Part shown: in pieces, positions 1 to 15,300 of the stretch
How the letters are laid out: every line of letters starts with the position of its first letter
Position numbering within the stretch: the stretch's first letter is position 1
NCBI RefSeq assembly: GCF_022539665.2
Contig: NC_081331.1
Coordinates: 806,001 to 870,000 of the forward strand
DNA: 64,000 nt
Reading direction: 5' to 3'
Origin: Daphnia carinata
Taxonomy: Eukaryota
Position numbers and translations under genes: made by a program
The notes under the pieces: model-generated
What the model was told of the DNA's origin: nothing
The model's database searches: none
Seen by the model: the letters and a program-made list of their open reading frames with translations, nothing else

Positions 1-854
1 AAATTCCATTTCGGAAAGCGCACATGTATTCGGTGGTGTCATTAAAAGGAAAATCAATTAAGAAGCTCGGAATGTTCTTTTATAAGCGACAATATCCACA
101 AGATCGTTGGTGAAGAGGACTGAATTTGAATACAATGAAATCATGTAACGTTGAAAGGATCTATGTTGGAATGGGCCAAGAGTCAACTAGTTTAGTCAAT
201 TCCGTTTTTTAAATAGACTGTTGTGAAAATAGGTACGAAGAGAGCAGGAAAAACAAGTTGTAGGACAGATTGCTTATATGTGTGCATACCTCGTTCAGCA
301 ATTACATACAGCGAAGCCATAAGGCGAATGCGGTTTATGGGTTCATTAATAAAAGAAATTCGTGACCGGATAGAATTTTTACGTTTAGTAGTTCAGGGAA
401 ATGTTCGTAATGCTTTTATTAGTATAGTTTTAATATGGGTAAATGAACAGCGCACATGTATGGGCTTCGGCGTGCTGTTTCGTGCATTGTTGTATTCGTT
501 CCAGAACCCCATGCTGATGGGAGTTGTAGCTTTGTAATGAGTTTGTTAGAGGATAGGGATATCAAAATAGCACCAACTTTCACGCGGTGTCCACTATATT
601 ATTGTCACCGCTTTTTAAAACAAAAGACCGCCTTACATGCCCCAAAGAAAATTATATAAATACCCGTGTTCACTGTTAAATTTACCTGAGTAGTGATCAA
701 GTTGGACGAGAAGAAGGATCTCGCAGGCCTCTCTATTTATGTAAACGAGAATGAAGTGTTCCAGGATTATGGTCTTTTTGCTTTTGCTGGCACTTGGAGG
801 TAAATACAAAGGTCCAATTAATTATTATTCGTTTACAAGAGACTCTCAATTGTT

Positions 855-1948
855 TTGTTAGTGTTGCAACTGGAAGGAAGCCCAATTGCGAATGGCAGAG
901 GACACGGTAGATGGAAACGATCTTTGGAGGCAATAGCAAGAAAATTGATTCGACGAGCTGCTTCTCCAGCGACGTTATCAAAATACAATCTGAAGTTTAT
1001 CAATCTAAATGAGGAGTTGAAAGGCAAGGAAAAACAGCCGACTTATCCTGCAGCATCGACTTCTAAGCCAACTTCGCGTCCAGCTGCCAAAGAAGGTGTG
1101 CACGATAAAAAGAAGAAAAAGGCAGGATTAATCAACAAAGATGTGCATGGAATATGGGGCCCAGGAATCAACGTAGAGGTTCAAAAAGATGCTCCGAGTT
1201 CTCTTCTAAGTTTTGTTCTTAAAATGATGAAGATCCCGCGGACGAAATCAGGCAAGACCTCCAAGAAAATTGTGAAATCGCTACCTCCTTCGCCATTGTC
1301 CGTCCCACCGATTCCGCCCGTGGCCATCCCGAAGGAACCCGAAGTGGATTCGTATTTGGTGGCGCTGAAAGAATCGAGAATTCCCTGTCAGTCTTTGGAA
1401 GATCCCACCGACTGTGACGACTTTACGTTGTTGTTTAAGCCGTCTTGGTACCCGCAGGCTTCGAACTTGATCCCACCGGAAACCACGCCCTTTCCTCCAC
1501 ATTCTACAACGAATATTCGTCATCTTTGGCCAATTTTATTGACCCTTCGCAATTGAAATTGGTTCAACCAGCGTCAGACTCGAACGACTTCCTTCTACAA
1601 AAACCCATTTTATTCCTTTCGCCGAATATTAAGTTCACCATCTATCATCATTCACCGCCTACTTTAGGCTCCTTAGGCGACGAGATTGCTTTACCATCTA
1701 TTGACATCGCGATGGAAACTGAATTGTCTTCCATTGACTCATCATCCGCCGAATTGTTGGCAGAAGACGAATCACCTTATGGCCGATCGTCAGATGAATC
1801 ATCTACACTTCAATCGTCAGGTGAATCACCTACTCTTCGGTTGTCAGGTGAAGGTGAATCACCTGCGCTTGATCCCATGGTCGATACGACAGGAATGAAT
1901 ATCGTTGGACCTTTGTCCGCAATGAACGTTGCACCAGTTTCAACATGA
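855..1948 (+). pseudogene. Unknown Lys/Pro/Ser-rich coding-like region; two overlapping ORFs (855..1556, 1445..1948) that appear to join by a frameshift
   Basis: Two long ORFs overlap. The first reads ...FKPSWYP and the second continues AGFELDP..., consistent with a 1-nt indel near 1450-1454. No family recognised; could be an orphan or TE-derived gene, or an assembly error. Confidence 0.3.
1786..1870 (+). repeat. Degenerate 27-bp coding tandem repeat (about 3 units)
   Basis: TCGTCAGATGAATCATCTACACTTCAA / TCGTCAGGTGAATCACCTACTCTTCGG / TTGTCAGGTGAAGGTGAATCACCTGCG, encoding SSDESSTLQ-SSGESPTLR-LSGEGESPAL. Confidence 0.7.
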
Positions 1949-2188
1949 GCTGTGGTTTTGGCATTGATTTGCTTATAAATTATGTACACTATCTTTTTGT
2001 TCCTATATTTGTGAAACATCTTCTCATTTTAGTCAGGGGTTATGCGAAGAGCCTATGCAATATTTAATTTAATTTGTTTTGTATTTCGAAAACGTATGCT
2101 TGGAAGTACAATTCGTGCGTTGTCCATTAAACGAAAACTCCTTACATATATACCTGAGACTTGTGCCAGGATCGCTATTCATTCAATG

Positions 2189-5100
2189 TTAGACTGACGG
2201 GGAAGCAGGTGAGAATGAACGTGTTGGTCGGAAGGTTTCTGGAAGTTTGAAAAATAGGAAGACAGCCTGAACTACTGTGGCCGCTGCGAACATGACAAAA
2301 ATGTACACGCCCATCAGATTCTGTAAAGTAGGGAATGTCATGCCCACCAGGAAGTTGGTTGCCCAATTTACCTGTAATGAATCATTGATATGTAAGCACA
2401 TATTCAAATTGATACGCTGAAAAGAATAGAAATACCAAACATCCCAATGACATAATAAGAGGTCTTGGTCCGGCCGGAATGAGCTCTAATAAAGAGGATA
2501 AAACTGAAGCTGTAATTGATAACGTGAATTTCATGCAAACCTGGTGGGAGGAAGAAAGGCAATGGACCGACACCGACATCAAAGAAAACCACGTAAATCA
2601 ACAAGGCGGCGATGCAGCAATAAGGAATCCACGAGGCTTTGCTCTGCGTGATAGTTTCATTGATTGCGGTATTGAATTTGAATGTCAATGAGTGAATATT
2701 TACTATGAAGAAGATGCAAAGAGCTAGGACGACAAGGAAAACGCTAACACCGATAGTACTAATCATCATTAAGGGCCTTCGACAAAATCGTGCGGTGAGG
2801 AAGACGACGCACGCTGTCATAACAACATTGATGAAACCAGCTCCCAATAGAGCCAACCTGTCAAATTTTAAAACGAAAGAATATACCTTAGAACATAAGC
2901 ATAGTCTATACTATTGTTGTTAATCATACTCGGCTTGTTGCTTATCCAGTCCAGCTGACAAGAATATGTCAGTTGAGTAATAGAGAACCTTTAGAGATTA
3001 AGGAAAGCGTCATTGTTTAATCAATAATTTGTTTTATTCTTTGTCCTACCGCGTTGATACCACTCAGCTGGTTACCAAGATGCATAACCACAACGCATGC
3101 AAATGGCCAACGAAGACTTTTCTTTGCCCAAATCGTTTTCAATGTCCAGCTCGATTGCGAATTTGTGGTATTCAGTCCATCTTTAGGCATTTCGGCCGTT
3201 GCCCGAGTGGCTTCTCGACGCAATTCCTCTATCTCCGGTCCTAATTGATCAACAGGAAGTCCTCTCAAACAAGAGAGCTCTAAAAAAAGGGCAATAGTCC
3301 GGTAAAAGAATGAAATTTATCAAAAGGATGTGACGTAATGTAGCCAAAGTGAATAAACCTTTAAAAGCGAGATCAGTTTTCTGTTGCAAGACAAAGAGAT
3401 ATCTCGGACTTTCTGGAAGATAATACCAAACAGCCAGACATAGCAAGGCAGGAATGCAGGTTAAGGCAAGCAGCACGTTCCAGTTGTCTTCATTGCCTGA
3501 GTTTAGACAGTCCACAAAAACAATACTGCTCATTAATGCGGAACAGCAATTAGCTTCGCGTAACAGATGGGATTTGACTTACCGAGCAATTTTTCGAGAC
3601 TAAGAACTTGGCCAATAAAAAGTCCTAAATTAATTCCTACTGGGCATAGAAGACCTGTAGAGGGAAAACGATGTCTGCTTATTATTTCCAAAATTATGTT
3701 ATGTAATCAGAGATACCAAGAACATTCTGTGTCGCTGGGGTTGATATTTCGGACATGTAAAGTGGCATAAAACTGGTGGACATGCCTTTAAGGAATGAAT
3801 TCATAATGAGATACAGGCAATCATTTTTTTTTCCTCATTGAATTTTGAGTGGGTCAAATGGAAAAGGATACGCACCTGCACCAATCCCGACAATAAATCG
3901 CCCTATGAGTAACATCTCCACTGATTGCGCAATGCCGCACGTACCAAAGAAGATAGCTGCTATCACGTTCACCGAGCTATTTACCAATAAAGTATTTTTC
4001 CTGTAAGGTTGTTTGAATAAGATAAGTTGACGTGATAAAATTCTCTCGTAGTTTGGATATCAGTTTCACCTGCCGATTCGATTAGCTATCGAGCCGCCCA
4101 TAAGAGCACCCATGCCTCCTCCTATCAGGAAAATACTAACAACAAATGCCCATAGTAATTCCAATGGAGTTTCTTCGATAGCTGTGCCATAAGTGTGCAA
4201 TATGCTGGAATTACAAAAGTCCACAATGACCTAGTGAAAAGAAACAAACATCATTTAGTAGGCTAAACACAATCTTAACAGACTTATCAAACTTTAGCGG
4301 TTACATAGCTGTGATTTAAAAGCTCATCTTATTTACTATTTACAATAGTTAATGCAGTGGCAAGAGTCTAATGAGATTACAGACATTTTGTTAACGAAAA
4401 TATCAGTAAGAATAATGAATTGCGAAGACGATAATGGAAACAAGAATCAAGTAATCATGTTCGTGCCAACGGATTGTTAATTGGACACGTGAAGACTTGG
4501 CCTACTTGTTGTGGGCTATTCAAGATTCCGATGTTGTAACCAGCGGGAATAACAGTTCCAAGTGTGGTTGCCACTGCAGTCACGATCAATAGGCTGCTCC
4601 AGGACTTGTTCTACATAAGAAAGATAGAAGAAGAAAAAAGCTATTGTTTTGTTTAGATTACACCAGATTGAAAGAAATTGGCAGTGGTAGACTACGACGT
4701 ATGGCGTAATGCCAAGAAAGGGTTTAAGGAAAACCAGTTTCGTTTCATGACCATAACATGGTTCAATTTTTTAGCGCTTATTTGGCAAAATCCATATGTA
4801 AAACTTGACGTATTAAATAGACTGGTATTTTTTTAATTAAACAAGTTTATGTTTCCATCTCGTCAAACAAATGCGGATAAAAAGCGGTAAGGTAGAACAG
4901 CGATACATGGTGCTAGTCGCATAATAAAACAACAGTGCTTATTGTTTAAAATTTCATACTTATTCATGAAATCACTTAAACACAGCGGCGTTGTAAATCA
5001 CAAAATAGTTAAAGGCTATACTTTACTGTAGTATAAGAAATTTAGCACTTGGGTAAATTAGCACATACTTGATGAACTGATACCGGCCTTTTCCCTTCCG

Positions 5101-5221
5101 CATCGGGCAAGAAAGGCTCTTCGACTCCATCAGGATCCGCTAAATGAGACCGTCTGGCCACATCTAGCTTCCTGTCGACCGATCCCCAGACTCCTCTATC
5201 CCATCTGTCACTAACGTTCAT
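2189..5221 (-). CDS. Facilitative sugar transporter, SLC2A/GLUT family (MFS), multi-exon
   Basis: Spliced exons give MNVSDRW...EEPFL, GYNIGILNSPQ, YLPESPRYL, GNQLSGINAV, RFCRRPL, GVGPLPF, VNWATNFLVGMTFP and LPET, which are typical sugar-porter motifs. GT-AG boundaries were checked at several junctions. Confidence 0.9.
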
Positions 5222-5940
5222 GGCACGGCACGCGTGAATTTCACCGTACAGTCAGTGGCGTTAGAGAACCACCAGATTGGACGACATACTGTGCTTTGGC
5301 TAGATCGGGTGCTGAAACTAGTTTGAACCACACACCCTACCGTCATATAGATCGTCCATTGGATCTGTTTCATTCAGCTATCGAGCTTGCACACGCGCAT
5401 TTGTGTCGAGCTGCGTCAGCAGATACAGCTTACAAGTAAATAAATAGCAATAATCAGAGTTTTACTCGCCACCTCGTGATAAGTAAAAGAGTAATTTAAA
5501 AGTGTCATCCTCGAAATCAATCTCTGTTGGTTTTCTTTTTGTTGAGTAGTTTAGACTAATAAAAATATCTGTTTTGTTTGGATTTTTGCTTCTTAGCGAT
5601 GTTACTAGTTACTCTATTTTCTGTTAAACCGGGTTCCAGATTATTTTTTAAGTGTTCCATTATTAGCAAAACCGATAAAATTTACGAGATTAAGGACGGT
5701 GGAGATAAAGCAATTGTAAAATAAGTATTTATTTAAATAAGAGAAAATACAATTTAGCGAATTTAGTAAGCTTTTTGTTGTAGCCAAATTACCATCTGGC
5801 AACAGCTGAACATTCATATTAACAACACAGGCATCACCGAGTCGCGCCACAGAGATTCTGTAGTTTTGGGATGTGTGATAAGAGTTTATCAAAATTTCTG
5901 TGTGCATGTGTTGTTTTGTGACATAAATAACAAAACACAA

Positions 5941-8822
5941 ATGGAAGCGTGTTTACCTCAGACAAAAGTTTACCGTCGAGGAGATCCATTGACGTGCCAG
6001 CGTATTTGGGATGCTATTAAAGTTATAAAATATGATCGTAAATCTGCCACTGCTGAGAATATTAGTCGGTATTGCTGCAAAAATTATAATCTCGAAGGGA
6101 AACTTGTAAAAGGACAACTTGACTTGCTGGTAGAGGATAATCTGATCATCAAAAAGAGTACTGCTCCAGTGAAAGGGTGTAACAAAGGTGTTGAACAAAC
6201 TATCTTTGCCATTCCGGTAAGATGGGGCCACATCACCTTATAGCCAACAATTGATGTTTATGATTCACTAACTACGATTGCATTTCTTTCAGCTGGCATC
6301 TGAAATTGATCTGACAGGAAAAAATGATTGGTACTGTTTCTATTGTCACAAACCTGGAGAAGTTTTGGCCTGCACTTCTTGCCCACGAGTTTACCATATA
6401 GCATGTCTGAATGACTTAAAGCATGAAGATGTTACAGAAAAGTTTGTTTGTTTGCTTTGCAAAGTAAGTAGCTGTCTAGTCCTCTCTAATGCAAAAAATA
6501 ATATAATTTTTTTAATGCAAATTTTGCCATTTAAGGAAATCAAATGTGAGGAAAGTAAAGAAGATTCTGAAGCCAGAGGTGAATTAAATCTTCTTCTCAG
6601 TTTTGCGTGTGCCAGATTAGAGGAAAAGGTACAACTTGGTAGATACAGTAATATTTGTAAGCGACAAATAATAGTTAATAAATATAACATAGACTGTGTG
6701 TTTTCATTGTTCCATGGTTGCTCCAGAATAACTGATAATTACATATTTCCATTCTAGCTACCCATGGAAAATTACGTCTGGAACTCCGTGAACAACAACG
6801 CCGCATATAACACTCCATTTACCACCGACAGGTGTGCGGCACGCCTTACGAAAATGTATGTTTGTGGCACACAACACTTTGGCAAACATGTTTCAACTTC
6901 AAACACTTGTTCTCTACTATTAGGCCTAAGCAAGTCAGCTCCAGTGTGGAAGAAGAGGACAAATGGAGAGCCAAGTTCCTGCTTCGGTTACCTATGATGA
7001 GTCTTCCAAGTATGAACGATAGAGCCGATCGCCAAGTTTACAAGTCGCTTGCCCAATTTCTGATGGATGCAGACACCGTGGTTCACAATGTTACCATCTT
7101 TCATGGAGGTCCGTAAATTACCAAAAAAAAACAAAGACACCTTTTATGGCAATTGCCGTCATTGTCTCAATATTTAAAATTTATTTCTGTTTATTGTTCT
7201 GTAGGTTAATATGATAGTGCTAGGCAATTTCTCTTATCTTTTGCCTTAATTTTGTTCTTTTTCCTTTACCTGGCTAAGCACGTTTTCGTAAAGATGTGTG
7301 AGGAGAAGTGTAGAAATATTGATGTCAAGTACTCAGCGATAACTAACAAATCAATTTTACTTACATAGAACACAGCCTGTTGGCCGATTCTGCAAGAGTA
7401 ATGAAAAGGGACTGTGCGTACGAATTGGGTGAAATAAACTTATGCCGGGACTGTTACAAGAGATCAAACATGCAAGAAGAACCGGACTGGTTTTGCCATC
7501 CTTGTAATCCGTCACACGAACTGGTTTATGCCAAGGCGAAAGGATTCCCATACTGGCCTGCCAAAGTATAGATTTTTGGCCACATTTTACATCTCTTGTT
7601 CACAGTTTGTTCTTCATGTTCTTATGATATCACTTTTTGAAAATGTTTTTATTTGTTCTAGGTTCTTAGAATCATCAATGGTAGAGAATACGACGTCCGT
7701 TTTTTTGGACACGGGCATGACCGATTAACTTTGGACAAGAGCTTTACTCGTCCTATAACTTGTAACGTAACATCGCTAGTGGTATGTTGTCAAAACTGTT
7801 TTTATTAGTTCGACTTGATGCATAATATTTATCTTAGCCTAAACGCTCTGCGGCATGGGTCAAAGCTGTCGATGAACTTAAAAAACACCAGGCGATGCTT
7901 GCCGAAGCAGCTTTAAATAGCTCAAATGACGAAGAGGAATATGATGACGATTATCAGCATGGTGAGAATGGTGCAACTGGGAAACCTTCAGTTGCCGAAT
8001 CACCGACGCAGAACCGATCTCATTATTTAAAACCATTCAGCGTTTACCTGAACCGCTTGGAAGTTCCAGCAGTGGTAGAGGAAATCGCCAAATTATCGGA
8101 ACCATTGATTTGCGGTTCAAAATTGCCTTTTTCGGTATTTGTTAACCAAATTTTCTGTACGCCTTTAATAATCAAAATTATTAATATACTGTATCATTTT
8201 TAGGAGGAAAGCGTTATCTCTCAAGATGTGACTGCGGAAAATTCATTGACGGATCTTATATCTTCAATAATTATCGAGGACAATCCCCTCTTCTCAAAGG
8301 CGAATGATACAGAAAACGAAGAAATAACTGTAAAGGATTTTGTGTCTTCTGCGATGTCTCGGGATGGGCATAAACTAAATGAAGAATGCATCGAATTATT
8401 AGCTGCAAGAGAAAGAATTGCCGTGCTCGAGAAAGACATAGAAAGTCAACGACAACAGATCCAGGCTCATAAGCAACAGATTGATAGTCAAAGGGATGAG
8501 ATTGAAACCCAAAAACATGACCATGCTTCCATGATTCGTTCCTTAAAAGAGCAACATGCTAAAGAAATTGCAGAAACCAAAAGCAAAATCTGGGTATTTA
8601 TATATATATATACTTTATTTCTATAAATTGTTTGTCAAAACTTGTTTATTAATTTTTATTTTATTTTGCATGTGAAAGTGTTCAAATGGATGTGGAGCAG
8701 AAGGAATTTACCATTGCTGTTTCAGTGTTGCATACTGTAATACCATATGTCAACAGCTGCATTGGAAATCCAATCACAAAAAGAGCTGCAGAAGAGAGAG
8801 AGAAAGCAAACGAGTCAAATGA
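5941..8822 (+). CDS. ZMYND11: ZMYND11/BS69 (ZMYND8-related) chromatin reader: N-terminal winged helix, PHD, bromo, PWWP, coiled coil, MYND
   Basis: [27 protein letters not shown]. Bromo-like segment: [11 protein letters not shown]...HNVTIFHG. Zn knuckle: CRDCY...[60 protein letters not shown]...HKKSC. Stop TGA at 8820-8822. Confidence 0.85.
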
Positions 8823-8940
8823 CCTTACCAAACATGAAGACATAAAATAAGAAGAATAACCATTCCTAAACAAGAACTAACTGTATTAAAACCGTTGACA
8901 CAAAATACACATTGCAGACATTACATCAGTCAGCACAAGC

Positions 8941-9301
8941 TCATTGCCACAGCAAACTGTAAAAGAGAAAAACAATATATAAGAAAATCATGTTGGTAAT
9001 GGTAAAATGGTAAATATCACCGAACCACTACAAACCTCATGATTGTAATAGGAGGCATCCCAGGATCTGTACCTTGACGAAACCCTACAAAGAAAATAAT
9101 TGTTTTTCTTATTACAAAGTTAAACGTCATTGGTATAGACGTAAAAAGGAAATGTAAAGTAACTGCACAAGTTCAACTGTGCTTATTACAAAATTTACCT
9201 AAATAAAGAACTGTGGGGATGAAGCTCCAATGAAATATCGTCTTTCCGAAATTGACAACGGCGGTCAGTTTCTTTTTGGTATCGGGACTCAGCTTAGCCA
9301 T
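8941..9301 (-). CDS. TOMM7: Mitochondrial import receptor subunit TOM7, three exons (not in the ORF track)
   Basis: Spliced translation MAKLSPDTKKKLTAVVNFGKTIFHWSFIPTVLYL-GFRQGTDPGMPPITIM-SLLWQ*. This matches the Tom7 pattern FHWxFIPxVLYLGF...DPGMP...SLLW, with GT-AG introns. Confidence 0.92.
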
Positions 9302-9531
9302 ATTAGCGTTTTTATGCAAACAAGGATTCGAAGCTAACACCTCGTGTCTTTCTTACAGCTGCAAAATGAAAGTTGCTAACTAAAACCATGAAGTATCCCA
9401 AGAGTAGTCACTAGGGTACCCTTGGCATTGGAGAGCTTGAGCTGTGCATGTAAAGCTCCATAGATGGTGTTGCGGCTGTTCAGTGTGGAATTGGAAGGAA
9501 GAAAATTGCAGGGGGGGGGGGGGGGAATTGT

Positions 9532-10440
9532 GCGCTAGCGCTGTAGCGTACTGGCGCGCTAGCATTGCGTCAAATACTCGGTCTATTTCAAAAACGATTA
9601 GAGTAATGAAAAAAATAGCAATTTTCCCGGAATCAGCATTCAATTTTGAATATATCCCGTGATATTCAACCAATTCCGATTAGTGTCAGTTTTAGCAGAA
9701 AATTTTTTTAAGCCTGACTAAAATAATAAGCCCGATTTTTCTTATTTTTTCGTTTTTTATGTTTAATTAAAAAACCATAAGGCCTATCGAAAAATAAACT
9801 TGATTTCCGTGATGTGCATTCCGTTCTGAATCGAAACCACGTATTTTAAGCGAACTTTAAAATTTAGCCAAAAATGAAAAAGTGCAAAGGCTATAGCCTT
9901 ACCACTTTTGTCAAAATCGACCAAAAATGACATCTTTTGGAATTCCATGAAAATCACACAGTATAATCAAAATTAACGCTGATTCAGAAAAAGCCACTCG
10001 TTTTCTTGTCAAGTTAGTCGTTTTTGAATTACACCGAATATTCGTGCAAAAAATAAGAAAAGTCGGTCTTATTATTTTAGTCGGGCTTAAGATTTTTTCT
10101 GCAAAACCGGCATTCATCGGAATTGGTTGAATATCACAATATATACTCAAAATTGAATGCTGATTCTGGGAAAATTGTTCTATTTTTCATTAATACAACT
10201 GTTTTTTTTAATACATCGAATCGAAGTACTTACTAGCGCGCCAGTACGCAGCAGCGTTAGCGCGATGCAGTACAAAATTTGGCGTACTTAAAAATTGCTA
10301 ACTCTACATGATTTAGATTCAAAATATAACGAGAATCGCGAAAATGAACTTCGTTTTGGCGGGTAGCTTATGGATTTTGAGTAATCTAAAATATAAAAGT
10401 AGTTACGATAGAAATTTTAAGCCCGACAAAATAAGCCCGA
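9532..10440. mobile_element. Non-autonomous foldback/MITE-like repeat with ~220-bp inverted arms and TAAGCCCGAC motifs
   Basis: About 9532-9750 is an imperfect reverse complement of about 10048-10263 (GCGTACTGGCGCGCTAG vs CTAGCGCGCCAGTACGC; GATATTCAACCAATTCCGAT vs ATCGGAATTGGTTGAATATC). 10290-10440 matches 20100-20230 in reverse. No transposase ORF seen; termini and TSD unresolved. Confidence 0.7.
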
Positions 10441-10871
10441 GGCCCCTTTGGAAAGTTAAAGCTGCAACTCAGCATTTGATTTGTCTACCAATCGATATAC
10501 TTATTTATTTAATTTATTATATATTTTTATTCGTAACGAATTAGAAGTAAATAGTGTGTTCGTAGTTCCTACGATGAAAGAATTATTTATCAAGATTATA
10601 CCATGATTCCATTAACGTCAGACATATAGGCTGTAGGTGCCTCAGGTGATTTTAAATCTTTATTTTTTTGTATCTGGCAGACGACAGCATACTCGTATTT
10701 CCACGTGTAACAACTGTCAGACGTCAAATCCCAAACTTGCCCTGGTAACCAACGTGTTGTTTTCTCCTATAGACACCACTTGCACAACTGGACGACTCCC
10801 GAATGGAATTTTCATTAGACTTATTTTAAAAACTGTATTTTCTGTATTGCAGTTAAATTTAATACCAAAAG

Positions 10872-12360
<1,489 letters not shown>

Positions 12361-15300
12361 AATGCTGTGTGGCATTGTGGACATAGGTCGTATTCTGAAC
12401 TGTCCATTCCGTCCTCAGCAAGACATATTTCACCTTTATTTGTTCAAAAGTAAATTTTCGATTCCAAATTTATAGTGATCCAATGTTTCCCTCCAAACAA
12501 CGCGCTTTTTGTCCTTGCAAGTTATTTAAAGATAGAACGTGTCGTTCCTCGCCCTATTTCACGTGAAGCTATCCATAAATCAAGACCGGATGCTACCGAT
12601 GTTTCTAGAGCAATGTTGGATTAGTAAATGCAAATACAAAAAAAGCTTTGGGTTTTTATGGAATATATGGCAATAACCGTCTCAATTTATTTGGATGTAT
12701 GCAGCAAAAGGTGAAAGACAAAGTTAGACAACATGTAGTGATACAGCATGGATGCCAGCGACTGATTGATAATTGGTAAAACGAGAACGCAATCATTAGA
12801 AATGATCGTTTCCGTTTAATCGGCAGTTTGTTCGAAATATTTTCGTTGTCAAAGTTTAATGAGCTTAAGAAAATGTTGGCTCGACGTTGTTTGACTTGCC
12901 TAACGAGCAATTATAATTCATACTTACGCAAAAGGGTACAGATGTTGATCGTTACCATGGCAGCGGGCTCAGTTTACATAGAAGATAGACCTCTTCTGTT
13001 TCTGTCGAAAGTGGTTCGAATATGGCTCTGCTACCTGTATAGAAGCTCAATTAAACAACGGAATCGAGCCTTTCTGCCACTCGTTCCAATCCCCCGTTCC
13101 ACTCCTTTCGTCTATGAAGAACCCTGAAGGGGGAGAATTGGGTTGGCACGCGGCGTCGAAAGCTGAACTAGTAGCTCAGCAACGGTCTAGATTTCACTTT
13201 TTCTTCTTTTATCCAAAATTGTACTTGAAACCTTTCGAAAAAAAAGTATGATTTAGTTATCTTTAGTGATTTTTACCGAATTTAACTCGTTAGTCCGATT
13301 GAACTAATGTCTCTATCTCGTTAGAGAACTCCATGTATTCGGATAGGGCGAAATGTTTCATTTAATCACCTTTGGACGCAGCAAAACCTAGAAGATTTGA
13401 ACGAAGATCAGTCTCTGGTGACATTTTACTCATTTTTTATGAGGTCGCTTATAAAGATGAACCGTAAGAAAATAAGAAAGTGATGATAGACATAGGAAAT
13501 GGCTTGGGCGTTAGCAATGTGCGCTCATCGTGTATAGTAGTTTATGTGTACTTAGTCATGGCAAAAGGTTAATGTCAATAAATATAAGCGTTAGAAACGA
13601 GGCTCTATATGCAGTACATCATAAATCAACACTCGATATAGATGAAACTTATTTTGCTTTCTTTGGCACTTATTTTTCCCGGATGAGGTGATTTCTTTCC
13701 CTCTAGTTCTTTTACTATAGGCACGTCTGTGGTCGATATGCCCTAGCCACCGGGCCGGATGGAGTCGAGAGGCATTTAATGACTTGATTAGTGTCTAACA
13801 TCCGCCACCGTAAAGGTTATTTTTATAAATAAACCTTAAAGTTCCGGCTGATTTGTTTTCAATCAGTCAGCTTCTCTGGCTCCATTTCACTAACTATTAT
13901 ACCATTTGCTCTTTCCTTGTTTGTTTTCTCCCTTCGTTCTTCGTCTACCTATACACTAAATTTCTTAGATCCTGCAAGTAAATATATTTGATTTTTAGCC
14001 CGTCAAGTTCAAAGGGATCTACAAGTTGGGGTCAATAAATCAGCGCTACTGCCAGCGTTGAAACCTCAACAGTTAAAACGAAGAGCTAAAGTAGTAAGTT
14101 CACGATATACGTGTACAGGCAGATAGATAGATGGGCTAAGAGCGCGCGAGAGAAGGACAAAAAGAGTGTGAAAGGAGATGGTGACAACTTGAGGTTAAGC
14201 GAGCAATTTATGACCGGCGCCTGCTGTTCACCACTACCCGCCGCGATGTCAGACTCAAACTCGACGTTCCCCCAAACTCTGCGACAAAATTTGGCTTCCA
14301 AGTCTATATGGCCATCGAAATGCCGCCGCCACCGGGTCTCTTCCATCGCTCTCCCGTCTCGTCCAGCTGCCTCATAACGAGCCAATACTGAAGGCAAAGC
14401 AATCTTTGCGTTTGTGTGTATCTTTTATGGAGGACACTGTTATTTGAATGGACAGATAGACAAAAAATAAAATGCCTACTTTAAAAAAAGAAAGGAAAAT
14501 ATCGAAACGCAAAAAAGTTAGAAAAGACAGTGAATATTTGGAAAGAGCAAAAATAAGTGAAGAATAATTGCTGGGTTAATATTGTCGTCCTAGTAACGGT
14601 AAAGAGATATCAAAGATTTCGTCTATGGAGACGGATGGCGGTCAGTTCGTACTCGTCGGTCCAAGTATTCTGCCTTTTAAGTTAGTCGCGTAATCGGAAA
14701 CGAGGCAGCGGACGAACATGCGACTTGGCCAGTAACACTACAGATTGTCGGAAACTGGCATCTAGCATGAACTCTATGTGTACGCGTATCATCGACTATC
14801 GAATTACAACTGAGATTCATAACGACAAGCGGGGCCGCCCGATCAGTAGCCGGTTATGTCTGCTGACACCGATGTCGTTTTCTAACGCAATAGGCAGCAA
14901 CACGACAGATGATTATGCTAGAAATAATCGTGAAAGAAATTAAGGCCATTTCAGTTTCGCCTTCAGTTTGAATTGAGCCAAGTCTGCTGAAAAGTGACCC
15001 ATTGCTCTCATTCGGCTCATCTTCATCCTTGTATAGCCACCAAGAGTTTTGTAAGATCTTAATATAGACGCATCTTGCTGTTATTAGCTAATATTACTGC
15101 TGTGATCGATACATTTCGTATTGGGAAATCGTATCGTATCATGTTCAGATTTTTTGCTATGCAAAAACAGGACTTTGTTCGACTGGAATTATAAAATTTC
15201 AGCGTTTTCTGGACGTAGCCATGCAATTGAAAATCAACATGGCAATCTGGGAAAAATGCTTAAAGAACAGGTGAAACGACATGACACCCTACTAGTCCCC

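Noticed and set aside
9460..10475. Possible outer TIRs (GTTGCGGCT at about 9469 and AGCTGCAAC at about 10460) for the foldback element
   Set aside because: An 8/9-bp match with no matching target-site duplication; could be chance, so no superfamily is assigned.
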